Shown piece by piece: positions 1 to 12,612 of a stretch of 64,000 nt of DNA. Both the position numbers and the translations under genes were made by a program. This DNA comes from Octopus bimaculoides. Taxonomy: Eukaryota. The stretch is from NCBI RefSeq assembly GCF_001194135.2, contig NC_068995.1, positions 36,770,466-36,834,465 on the forward strand, read 5' to 3'. The notes under the pieces were generated by a model. That model saw nothing but the letters and a program-made list of their open reading frames with translations. It did not search any database and had not been told where the DNA came from. The first letter of the stretch is position 1. Every line of letters starts with the position of its first letter.

Positions 1-2949
1 TGTGGGTGTCTTTTTTTATGACATTGTTTAGGTAGGAGTGATGTTGTTTAGGTCTTACATAAACAAAATATCTGGAAGTTGTGCAAAGACCAAAGCAATA
101 CATCTTTTTCAACCCTTGAAAACAAAAGCTGTTATCTGGAAGAGCATTTGGCTATAGAATACTGCCTCAAGATGACTCGTGCAAACTATACCAGCATTGA
201 TAAAGCAGATATCAAAAATATCATGAAGATAGTACATTCTCTAAAATGGTTGGCATTAGGGAGGGCATCCAGCCACAGAAACCACGTCAAAGCTGACATC
301 TGAGCTTAAAGCAAACCTGCAGCTCACTGGATCCATGCCAGTAAGGAAGTTAGATGTTAAATGATGATGGATAATTTTGTTCATGGAGGGTACACTATCG
401 CTAGAGCGGGGAAAAATCCAGTGTGATCAGAGGTACACTGACGTTTGATTATAGGTCAGTATGATACATCTGGGTTGATCTCCAGTTCAACAACAATAAC
501 AATATACTTCGATCGCTGTTTTAGGTGTAGGCATGGCTGAGTGGTAAGAAGTTTGCTTGCCAACCACATGGTTTTGGGTTCTCTCCCACTGTATGTCACC
601 TTGGGCAAGTGTCTTCTACTGTAGCCTTGGGTAGATGGAAACTGAAAGAAGTCTATCATGTATGTTTGTGCCCCCCCCCCCTGCCATTTGACAAATGGTG
701 TTGGTGTTTTTATGTTCCTGTAACTTAGCAGTTTGGCAAAAGAGACCAATAGAATAAGTACTGGGGTCGATCAGTTTGAGTAAAAATTCCTCGAGGCTGT
801 GCCCCAGCATGGTTACAGTCTAATGACTGAAACAAATAAAAGATACATTGAATAGCTATAGAGGTCCTGTAGAGTAAAATAGGCATCGAAGGGGTTCATA
901 GGCAAAAAGTGGTAGCGAACCACTGATCTACACACAAGCCATTTATCTAACATGTACACACATAAATAGAAACCCGTGTTTGTGAAAAAAAGAATTCTAG
1001 ACAAAAGGGCTTGTGTTTAACAGGATACACACTTTAACAGTCTATACACTTTCTCATTACAATAGGCAGCTTTTGTTAAATTCCCAGCGGATGCATACAG
1101 ATAAACAGATTCTGAAATTGAATATGTGCATGCATGAATATGTGCAAAATGTTCCAGAGATTGTCAATGCCAGCTTCTTATGCTAAGCATATGAAAAGTA
1201 CATAAAATGCCTCAGGGACCCTCTCCCCTGTGAATTTCCTGAGCCAGACATATGCACACACACATATGTGGAATGCAGAAACACACGCACATATAAATGA
1301 AGCAGAAAAGCTTTTATTCTAAAGAGTAAAAAAGTATGGAGCACAGACACTCGTATACTAAATTAAAGGGCATATCCACTACACAAATACAAGTTATCCA
1401 TTAGCACAAACATGCATGTATATATACACTCACACATCAACTGATTCAGGAGACCACAAACATCCAACACTCGTCTTAACTGAAACAAAAGATCCTTGCC
1501 ATTTGGTTAGTGACCAACTTGAATTCTCTAAATAACAAAAAAAAGAAAACAACCTAAAAATAAATCCTAAAGAAAACATACATGTACACATATATGAATA
1601 CTTTGCTTGACAAAAATTTACAAACAATTATGTTTTGGGGCTGAAATAAAAATTCCTTACGGAAGAAAAACACTGACAAAAAAAATTCAGCAAGGCATAT
1701 TAAATAAAATTTAAATTGTGCAGCCACAATATAATTAAACATACACATAGAGGTTTGGTTAAACCATAAAGTTGTGGCACATTAAGGGGACACAAAAGAA
1801 AACAAGGTAATATTATTAGAGCTATTACAATTTGAAAGAAATGAATGAAATATTGCTCATGTGGAGCAATGAGGACAAATCAAAGTACTTCTTTCACATT
1901 TTACTATGTATAATTCTTCCTAATTTTGGCACAAGGCCAACAATTCTGAGGAGAGGGGGAAGCCAACTACATCAACCGCAGTGTTGAATTGGAACTTATT
2001 TTATTGACCCTGAAGGGGTAAAAAGTAAAGTTGACCTTGGCAACATTTGAATTCAGAATGCAAAACAGGAAGAAATACTAAGCATTTGTCTGGTGTGCTA
2101 ATGGTTCTGCTGGCTTGCTGCTTTTCGTTTCAAATTTTGATATAAGGCCAGTAGTTTTTTTTGTTTTTTTTTTGTGGGGAGGGGTAAGTCAAATATATTG
2201 ACTTGAATGCTCAACTGGTACTTATTTTATCGACTGCAAAAGATGGAAAAACAAAGTTGACCTTGGCAGAAATTGAACTCAGAATGTAATGAGTCAGAAG
2301 AAATGCAACAGTATTTTGTCTGATGTGCTAATTATTCTGCCAGCTCACTACCATTTCACTATCTATAATAAAATAAAAGACGGATAGGTTGTTGCAAAAG
2401 GCATCAAACCACGTATAAAATAGTGATACAGAAGTGAGTGCAATTAAGCAGGTAAACTGGAAAATTGGGGAAGTGGAAGTTCATAGTAATTCTTCAACGG
2501 TAGGTATATAGCAAGAACATTCATAACTCTACTGTCACAGACAAAAGGATGCAAGTGGTCTTTTATAAAGGTTCACCCTGGACAGGTAGGTAAAAATCCT
2601 GGGATTTACTCCTTGAACTTCATATGATAGGGAGAAAGCAGGTAATCCTTTACATCTGTTTCTGGTGTTTGATGTACAGTGCAGTAATGTGCATTGTGTG
2701 TACTTCTACATGAAATGGAGTGGTGTTAATGAAATAACAAAAGTTTAAATTATATGAACAACTCACCCAATCTTCAGAAGGGAATGAGGCTTTAGCTATT
2801 GAATCTTCTGATATATACATATATTATCAGAAATGTAAGTAAAATATGAAACCCTAGCTGATAGGGGGAGATAGATTAATAGAATAGGCATTAGATATAG
2901 AGCTTAGAGTGTAACAAATCAGTTTTACTTCTACAATACACAAAATACT

Positions 2950-3162
2950 CTTTTACTCTTTTACTTGTTTCAGTCATTTGACTGCGGCCATGCTGGAGCA
3001 CCGCCTTTAGTCAAGCAAATCGACCCCAGGACTTATTCTTTGGATGCCTAGTACTTATTCTATCGGTCTCTTTTGCCGAACCGCTAAGTTATGGGGACAT
3101 AAACACACCAGCATCAGTTGTCAAGTGATGTTGGGGGGACAAACACAGACACACAAACATAT

Positions 3163-3225
<63 letters not shown>

Positions 3226-3388
3226 TACGACAGGCTTCTTTCAGTTTCCGTCTATCAAATCCACTCACAAGGCTTTGGTTGGCCCGAGGCTATATTAGGA
3301 GACACTTGCCCAAGGTGCCACGCAGTGAGAATGAACCCAGAACCATGTGGTTGGTAAGCAAGCTACTTACCACACAGCCACTCCTGCG
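2950..3388 (-). mobile_element. tRNA-derived SINE with internal microsatellite (CORE-like accttgggcaagt); other copies at 527-845(+), 12030-12430(-), 17620-17790(-), 23550-24015(+), 42985-43410(-), 53400-53870 and 59358-59500(+)
   Basis: Repeated modules gctgtgtggtaag.agcttgctt.ccaaccacatggtt...ccttgggcaagtgtct, then (TA/CA)n, then ccagcatggccgcagtcaaatgactgaaacaagtaaaaga. Confidence 0.85.
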
Positions 3389-4864
3389 TCTATTTAATTT
3401 TTTTATACAAGTTCCAATAATATTTAGTTATAAAAATATGAGTTTTTTTTCCTTAAAACTTCAAATGATTATGGGAGTCCAGTAGAATAAAGTAGGAATC
3501 AAAGGGGTCCATGGCAAAGAATGGTTGAGAACCACTGGCTTAGATGAAAAGAGTAAGAATCGAAATAATGTTGGAATTGAGAGAGGAAGTCAATGGAAGG
3601 ACACGTAGACGGACAAGAGCAAAGCAAAAGGAAAAGAAGGGAGGATGGGAAGTGTAAAGTTGTGGGATATGGGGGCAGGCAAAGACATGGGTACAATGGC
3701 AACATAATGGTCTGTCACTCAAGACAATGGAGTGACCTTTAAGTGTGCAAACTAGAAGAATGTGGGGTAAAGTTAAATATCAAAGGAGTATAAAGGTGAT
3801 GAAGAGCAAGAGCTGGTTAGTTCCCTGCTGGGTTTAGGTCTACCTGAGAGTTTAGCTGTCAAAATCTTGGAAATATTCCAAATGTGCAAAAGTGTGAAGA
3901 TCTTTGTGGAATATTAAGTGACAGGTGCAAAAATAGATGATAGCTGCAAGTTGATTTAGTTAGGAGGGACGTTAAAACTAGGGACAGAAGTAAATATAAT
4001 TATGTATAACTTTCAAATATTTCTTATAACTTTTTAACCCTTTAGCATTCAGATTATTCTGTATTACATTATTATGTAATGCTTATTTATTTACATCGCT
4101 TTCAATTAATCATGTAATTATCTTGTAGCTTCAAGATTAATATAAGGTGATTGCACACCTGTTTCTGTCCTCATTCTTATTAACTCTCTCTCCCTCTGGC
4201 CAGGTAACCATGTAAATCCTCTACATAATGACACCTACCTCTCTGTCACACTCTAACCTTTCATCATCTGACACAAGATCACCTCCTCCAATGCCCCCTC
4301 CCTTCTCAAAAGCCCTTTGTCTTGCAAGTTACTTGGTGATGTTGCCAGTGTTGGTGCTATGTAAAAAGTATCCAGTCTACACTGTAAAATCGTTGGCATT
4401 TGGAAGGGCTTCCAGCTGTAAAAACCATGCCAAAACTGACCTCACCTGTGCTGGAGCCACATAAAAAAAGAACAAAAAAAGCACTCAGTTCACTCTGTGA
4501 GGTGGTTGGTCTTAAGAAGGCTATTCAGCTGTAAAAACAGACACAGAAGTCTGGTGCAGTCTTCTGTCTGGCTAGCCCCTGTCAAACTGTCCAACCCATG
4601 CCATCATGGAAGGTAGACGTTAAACAATATTTATTTTTAGATAGACATTGCAGGGTAGTTGTGAGTGGCCTGATCTAGCTGGTTTGAGCATAAAACAGGT
4701 AGACTACTTTGGCTAGATATAGCTGGTTTAAATGCTAAATGGTTAACCCTTTTGATACCAACCCACCTGAGACAGCTCCTGGTTCTATGACATAAACTTT
4801 CAGGTTTAGAGTAATCTACATTAAAACCTTTTATTGAAATTTCATATTATTCTATGTACACCAT

Positions 4865-5093
4865 TTCGAGAGTGGCTGTTGCCAGTACCTCTTGACTGGC
4901 CTTCGTGCCAGTGGCATGTAAAAGCACCCACTACACTCTCGGAGTGGTTGGCATTAGGAAGGGCATCCAGCTGTAGAAACTCTGCCAAATCAGATTGGAG
5001 CCTGGTGTAGCCATCTGGTTCACCAGTCCTCAGTCAAATCGTCCAACCCATGCTAGCATGGAAAGCGGACGTTAAATGATGATGATGATGATG
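4865..5093 (+). mobile_element. RTE 3' UTR-only copy; related copies near 245-370, 4300-4630, 28617-28750, 60020-60210 and 61170-61383
   Basis: Shared core aaaagcacccactacactctcggagtggttggcattaggaagggcatccagctgtagaaactctgcc...gttaaatgatgatg. Confidence 0.8.
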
Positions 5094-5256
5094 TTCCAAA
5101 CACCAGCTGAGTGACAAAGTTATTTTACTAACTTGTTCATTATTTTCAAATTAAATGGAATAAAGACAGTGTATCTCAAAAGAAATATGATAATGAAAGA
5201 GTTAAAAGATATTTCACTCATGTATATTTATATCTGTATGCATATATATATATATG

Positions 5257-5290
<34 letters not shown>

Positions 5291-6524
5291 CATATATATT
5301 TATATATATACATACATACACACACATTAGTATATAATAATAACTTGTATAAATGTTGGTTGGCTGGTTGGATTTTGTTAATTTCTCAAATCACACTATA
5401 CACCACATAAAGAAAGGGGGAGAGAGAGAGTAAGAGAAAGATACAGAGAAAGTTAACATAAGAGGTGCACAATAAGGGCACATAGTAGGCTTGGTGGCAA
5501 GCAATGAATAAAGGCATGTTGCACATTCATACACGGTGATGAGATGTCAGAGCATACTCTCATGGTACAAGGTGGTGAATATAAGAGGGAGTGGGGACAG
5601 AATTAGGTGTGGGTGGGTGGGTAAGTAAACAAAGATATAGGAGGGAAAATGAAAGATGAGGAAGACGGAGATAGAGGTGAATGCAGAGGCATGATTAATG
5701 GTAAATATCAGTTTAGAGGAGTGAGTGAAGGAAAAGGAGGAAGAGGTAAAAAGTAGCAGTACAGAAATGGTGGCGAGCAGCAGTATAATAAAATCTAAAC
5801 AGATGAGACATAAGGAAATGATGTGAAGTATGTGTGTCTATGGGGGGGGGGGGTAAAGTGAGAGATGCACAGTAACTGAGATGGAAGTTAGAAGTATGAA
5901 GGGATGGATATGAGTGATAAATAATGGTGGCAGTTGAGGGGGGGGGGAAACACTGATGACTGATATGTGAAGGTGTTGGGAATCATAGTAGATATAAGGC
6001 AGATGTTAAGGATGGCACATGGTAGTAGGTCAGGAGAAAGGAATATTTAATGTAAAATAAAGTAGAAAAGGAATGGTACTGAAAAAATGAGGGATGGGTG
6101 ACAATCAGACATGGTTCCAAGGAAAAGAATAACTGGTAGCACAAAAGTGGGGTGACATATGTACAGCTCTGCTCTCATATATTTACAACTGAATGAATGA
6201 TGGCATAGTTAGAAGGGTGTCTGGAAGATGAGAGCTGAGGAAAGCTTGACAGAGTTGGCTTGAGTGTGAGGGTATTGACATAAACATAATGCTTTTTTGG
6301 ATGTACTTAATATGCATAATTTTTATTCCCACTTCCACTTTTACTCAGTTATTTCTTTATCTTCAATTCATAACTCTTTTAATTCTCCATATTATATATA
6401 TTTATTATTAATGTTCTTTCTATATTCATTTTATTTTATATAGTCTGTTGGCAATTCATATTTTGACCTAGTCTGGACTTCACTGACTACTAATTCTCTC
6501 GTGTTTAAATATTTCCCATATAGA

Positions 6525-7650
6525 ACACATAAGAGGTGCAGCAACATCAAAGGAAGATTAACCGGGAAGATAGCTTTCGTGTGCGGCAGATGCACAGGAG
6601 CAATAAACACCACAGATGCTCAGAAAACTGATTCCATCACATGCCTGGGGGAGAAACTAGAAGTGGTTGATAGCTTCCGCTACCTAGGTGACCAGGTCTG
6701 TAGTGGGGGTGGATGCTCAGAGAGTGTTATCACTAAAATAAGAATAGCTTGGGCAAAGTTCAGAAAGCTTCTACTACTGGTGACAAAGGGCCTCTCACTC
6801 AGCGTGAACAGTAGATTGTACAATGCATGTGTGTGAACTGCCATGCTTCATGGCAGTGAAACATGGGCCATGACTGCTGAGGACATGCATAGGCTTGAAA
6901 GAAATGAAGCTAGCATGATCTGCTGAATGTGTAATGTCAGTGTGTACACACGACAGAGTGTAAGCGCCCTGAGAGAAATGTTGGACATAAGAAGCATCGG
7001 ATGTGGCATGCAAGAGAGATGGCTGCACTAGTATGGTCATGTGTTACATATGGATGAGGACAGCTGTGTGAAGAAGTTTCACTCCCAAACAGTTGAAGGA
7101 ATCCGGGGTAGAGGTAGACCCAGGAAGACATGGGATGAGGTGGTGAAGCATGACCTTCGAACATTGGGCCTCACAGAGGCAATGCCGAAAGACCGAGACC
7201 TCTGGAGATAAGCTATGACTGCAAAGACCCGGTAACTAAAGTGAGTTTACAGATGTAACCTACACCAGTGTCACATAACCAGCCCCAGCCCACTCAAAAG
7301 TACCTTGGATCATAGGGCGACATGCTGTGTTAGGGCAACATGCTGTGCTAGGGCAACATGCTCTGCTTGAGGAGACCTATTGAGTCAAGTACATCAATAT
7401 CAAAATTAAAAGGAAATTGTTGTTGTGATACCCGTGCTGGTGGCACGTAAAAAGCACCAACTGATTGTGGTCATTGCCTGCCTCCTCTGTCTTCTGTGCT
7501 AGTGGCACGTAAAAAGCACCCACTACACTCTCGGAGTGGTTGGCGTTAGGAAGGGCACCCAGCTGTAGAAACACTGCCAGATCAGACCCCAGTCGAATTG
7601 TCCAACCCATGCCAGCATGGAAAACGGACGTTAAACGATGATGATGATGA
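6525..7650 (+). mobile_element. RTE-clade LINE, 5'-truncated and degenerate (RT C-terminus, 3' UTR, (GAT)n tail)
   Basis: LEVVDSFRYLG, RIAWAKFR, MLHGSETW, YGHVLHM and RGRGRPRKTWDEVVKHDL motifs with stops and frameshifts, then a UTR ending cgttaaacgatgatgatgatga. Confidence 0.9.
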
Positions 7651-9386
7651 ATATTTACTAAAATATTCAGTAAAAATATTTAGTGGGATAATACTGTCTC
7701 AAGGGTATACAGATGATTCAACTAGACTATATTTAGATGTACTATAGTTAGATTGTAACTAATGTAATGTGAACTCCACCCACTGGTTTTAGAAATAAAT
7801 GTTTTGCATTTTCTATTTAAGTTCTTATTAACTTAACCAATCTTAATGTATCTATTTCTCCTGGAAGTTCTGTCTGTCTGTCTATATTGTTTGCAAACTG
7901 TGGGGAAGTACATTTTGACCTAGTTTGTGCTTCCCTTACTACTAAATTCTTTCAGGATATCATTAGGGTCACTCTAGGGTTAAATGATAATGAACTTTAT
8001 AGCTAAATTATTTTTCTCTACTAACTCTAATAAACTCACAAATCCCCCTACTTAAAATATACATAGAATAAGACCATCACAATTATACTTCAGTCCACTT
8101 CAAAGACTTGTAATGATAACACCTTGACTAAAGCTGCATGGATACATTTACCTTGAATGAAATCATAATGCAGCTGAAACAACAGAAAGCTACTGAATAC
8201 CACATCCTGGGATATCTATGCAGTAGAAACATGTACTGGATAGAGTTTAAAAGAGAATATATTGTATATATGACTGTAATAAACAAGCTTAAATATATAT
8301 CCTGTATATTGTATAAGATCCAAAGAAGTGAACTCAGAATTAACCCATAGGTTGAAACACCATGTGGTTGTTTCCCTTAAATAGTTTCCTGTTAATCATT
8401 ATCATTTGATGCAGTTAGCCAGAACCTGGATTAAACAAGAGTGCTTGTAAGGCACCTGCCTTGGTTTCATATTCCTATCCATTCACCGTCTGTCTGGATG
8501 TTTTGTGGTCTCTTTTTAGTACCACCTAACTGTCTGGATGTTTTGCGTTCTTGTCCCATTTTTGAATTTTATATATATATATATATATNNNNNNNNNNNN
8601 NNNNNNNNNNNNNNNNNNNNNNNNNNNNNNNNNNNNNNNNNNNNNNNNNNNNNNNNNNNNNNNNNNNNNNNNNNNNNNNNNNNNNNNNNNNNNNNNNNNN
8701 NNNNNNNNNNNNNNNNNNNNNNNNNNNNNNNNNNNNNNNNNNNNNNNNNNNNNNNNNNNNNNNNNNNNNNNNNNNNNNNNNNNNNNNNNNNNNNNNNNNN
8801 NNNNNNNNNNNNNNNNNNNNNNNNNNNNNNNNNNNNNNNNNNNNNNNNNNNNNNNNNNNNNNNNNNNNNNNNNNNNNNNNNNNNNNNNNNNNNNNNNNNN
8901 NNNNNNNNNNNNNNNNNNNNNNNNNNNNNNNNNNNNNNNNNNNNNNNNNNNNNNNNNNNNNNNNNNNNNNNNNNNNNNNNNNNNNNNNNNNNNNNNNNNN
9001 NNNNNNNNNNNNNNNNNNNNNNNNNNNNNNNNNNNNNNNNNNNNNNNNNNNNNNNNNNNNNNNNNNNNNNNNNNNNNNNNNNNNNNNNNNNNNNNNNNNN
9101 NNNNNNNNNNNNNNNNNNNNNNNNNNNNNNNNNNNNNNNNNNNNNNNNNNNNNNNNNNNNNNNNNNNNNNNNNNNNNNNNNNNNNNNNNNNNNNNNNNNN
9201 NNNNNNNNNNNNNNNNNNNNNNNNNNNNNNNNNNNNNNNNNNNNNNNNNNNNNNNNNNNNNNNNNNNNNNNNNNNNNNNNNNNNNNNNNNNNNNNNNNNN
9301 NNNNNNNNNNNNNNNNNNNNNNNNNNNNNNNNNNNNNNNNNNNNNNNNNNNNNNNNNNNNNNNNNNNNNNNNNNNNNNNNNNNNNN

Positions 9387-9436
<50 letters not shown>

Positions 9437-10669
9437 CATATATATACTATTGAACTTTGGGAGGGACATTATGCCAGTAATAATAAACACACGCACTGGT
9501 TTCGTCCTTTATTGTTATTGTTAGTTAATAGGTTAGTTACTCCGTTAACCAATTTATCGATTAACCATGTTTACTACTTTTTCAAACTCATATGTTAAAC
9601 ACCTTGGTCAAACCGTTAATCGTTCAAATGTTCAGTATTGTTAGTGTTGTCATATCATTTTTTGTCAAATAATTATTTCATCGCATTGTTGCAATCTCTT
9701 CAGTAACATGTCTATCTCTCTCTATATATATATTCAAATATGAAATAGAAGCAATGCTAGTGTAATAAACATTATTGACCACATATACTTAACATATATG
9801 CCTTATGTATTTGCTGGTAGGCTACGGTTTGGAGCTTTGAGTAATCTCCACCACACTGATTTGCAGCCTACTGGCAAACACAAAGGGCATATACATTATG
9901 TATATGTGGTTGATAATATATATATATATANNNNNNNNNNNNNNNNNNNNNNNNNNNNNNNNNNNNNNNNNNNNNNNNNNNNNNNNNNNNNNNNNNNNNN
10001 NNNNNNNNNNNNNNNNNNNNNNNNNNNNNNNNNNNNNNNNNNNNNNNNNNNNNNNNNNNNNNNNNNNNNNNNNNNNNNNNNNNNNNNNNNNNNNNNNNNN
10101 NNNNNNNNNNNNNNNNNNNNNNNNNNNNNNNNNNNNNNNNNNNNNNNNNNNNNNNNNNNNNNNNNNNNNNNNNNNNNNNNNNNNNNNNNNNNNNNNNNNN
10201 NNNNNNNNNNNNNNNNNNNNNNNNNNNNNNNNNNNNNNNNNNNNNNNNNNNNNNNNNNNNNNNNNNNNNNNNNNNNNNNNNNNNNNNNNNNNNNNNNNNN
10301 NNNNNNNNNNNNNNNNNNNNNNNNNNNNNNNNNNNNNNNNNNNNNNNNNNNNNNNNNNNNNNNNNNNNNNNNNNNNNNNNNNNNNNNNNNNNNNNNNNNN
10401 NNNNNNNNNNNNNNNNNNNNNNNNNNNNNNNNNNNNNNNNNNNNNNNNNNNNNNNNNNNNNNNNNNNNNNNNNNNNNNNNNNNNNNNNNNNNNNNNNNNN
10501 NNNNNNNNNNNNNNNNNNNNNNNNNNNNNNNNNNNNNNNNNNNNNNNNNNNNNNNNNNNNNNNNNNNNNNNNNNNNNNNNNNNNNNNNNNNNNNNNNNNN
10601 NNNNNNNNNNNNNNNNNNNNNNNNNNNNNNNNNNNNNNNNNNNNNNNNNNGACCAAAGAGGGTCTTAAC

Positions 10670-10709
<40 letters not shown>

Positions 10710-10750
10710 GTATATATATCAGAGTCAACTCCAGGTCATCAGCATCACTC

Positions 10751-10893
10751 GGGCTCATCATAGATTTCACCACTTGGGCTCATCACAGATTTCGTCACTT
10801 GGGCTCATCATAGATTTCACCACTTGGGCTCATCACAGATTTTGTCACTTGGGCTCATCACAGATTTCATCACTTGGGCTCATCACAGATTTT
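10751..10893. repeat. 25-bp minisatellite, about 6 units
   Basis: gggctcatca(t/c)agattt(c/t)NNcactt repeated head to tail with no spacers. Confidence 0.95.
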
Positions 10894-11637
10894 GCATAAA
10901 ACACATGCCTGCTCAAAGAATTTCACGTTTTTCCGCAATATTTCTAGCCTCAATATTTTTAACCCTTATTTTTTACATCTAGCACTATGTCTTTCTCCGT
11001 TTTGAAGTTAAGGGTTAAAATAAAGCAACCCTGCAAAACACAACTGATCTTTACACACAGACGAACAGAATAACAGCAATCAAATAACAACAGCGGAGTG
11101 CACAACAAACATCAGTGATCTGACTATTGCCTGTACTCATGATAAGAGACACCAGTTAACCTTTTACACCTACCAGGCTCGTTTGTATTAGCCCGAGTTG
11201 CTGGATAATTTTTCATTCCTTTAAGAATATTGTAGAACAGAAACTTTTCCTAGATTGGAATTTAAATCCCAATCTCTATAGAAATTTATTGTTTCAAGAA
11301 AACATTGAATTTGAATTACTTTCAATTTTTATGATTATAGATAACAACTCCGGCTGTAACTTCTAAGCTCAAGCCAAGTGCATGTGAACGATATTGCGAG
11401 AACGTCTGTTACAAATGATATTTTTTGACACAGGGCACCTCCAAGACGACCACCAGATGCTGAATGAAAATAAATAAACTGCGACCAGGCTCAATAAAAG
11501 GAGTCAGAGTTACGGGCTGCAATTACATACTTGAAGTCAGTGTTGGCAGAAATTAAATCAGCTTGCAAATACACGTTCACTTTATTAAATTTATAATCGG
11601 GCTCTAAGCCCAAACAACCAGAGTGCTGGGGTCGCCA

Positions 11638-11705
<68 letters not shown>

Positions 11706-12571
11706 TATATTGCGGAGATGTACTTGCATAGCAAGTGACCTGATCTGAGATCGTGTGCTGGAACAAAAACAATTGCAGCGTGGAAGGTGTTTATAAGCCA
11801 TTTAAAATAACACAAAGTTCTGTGCAGCACAGAATTTTGTCAGTGAACAGGTCGCGGTCTCAAAGCGACGAAAATATTTTGACAAATTAAATTTAAATGT
11901 TGAAGTAAATCTAACGGTTTTTGTGTGTTATTTTAAATGGCTTATAAACACCTTCCACGCTGCAATTGTTTATAAATTTATAGTTTTAGGGAAAAGAACC
12001 AAGGTTTTATATATACATAGACACATATCTTTTACTTGTTTCAGTGAATGGACTGCAGCTTGCAGAAGCACCATTCTGTAGGGTTTTAGTTTAAAAAAAT
12101 TAAAAAACCCAACTCCAGTATTTATCTTGTTTTTTTTTCCAAGCTTGGTACTCTTATGCTTAAACCATTAAGTTACAAGGACACCACTGATTGTCAAACA
12201 GTGGGGAGGGACACAAACATAAAAACACACACACACATAAATATATGCATCTACACACACACACACACACACATATATATGTATGGGCTACTTTCAGTTT
12301 CCATTTACCAAATCCACTTATAAGGCTTTCATCAGTCCGGGACTTTAGTAGAAGATGCTTATTACACAGTAGGACTGAACCAAGAACCAGGTAGTTGGAA
12401 AGCAAATTTCTTACCACACAACCACATCTGTGCTTAGATAATTATATGTATACATGAAACCATGCCAAAGCAGACACTGGAGCTTGATGCGGTTCTCTGG
12501 TTCACCAGCTCAGGTAAAAACGGCCAACCATGCCAGCAGGGAAAAAGGTAGTTAATAATGATGTATGTATA

Positions 12572-12612
<41 letters not shown>

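Noticed and set aside
8441-10763. Long ORFs of 250-385 aa in the track (also 32683-33385, 34638-35712 and 56803-57141)
   Set aside because: They run through N gaps and (AT)n tracts; their length is an artefact.
10751-10893. Possible CRISPR-like array
   Set aside because: Units are contiguous with no unique spacers, the context is eukaryotic, and there are no cas genes.
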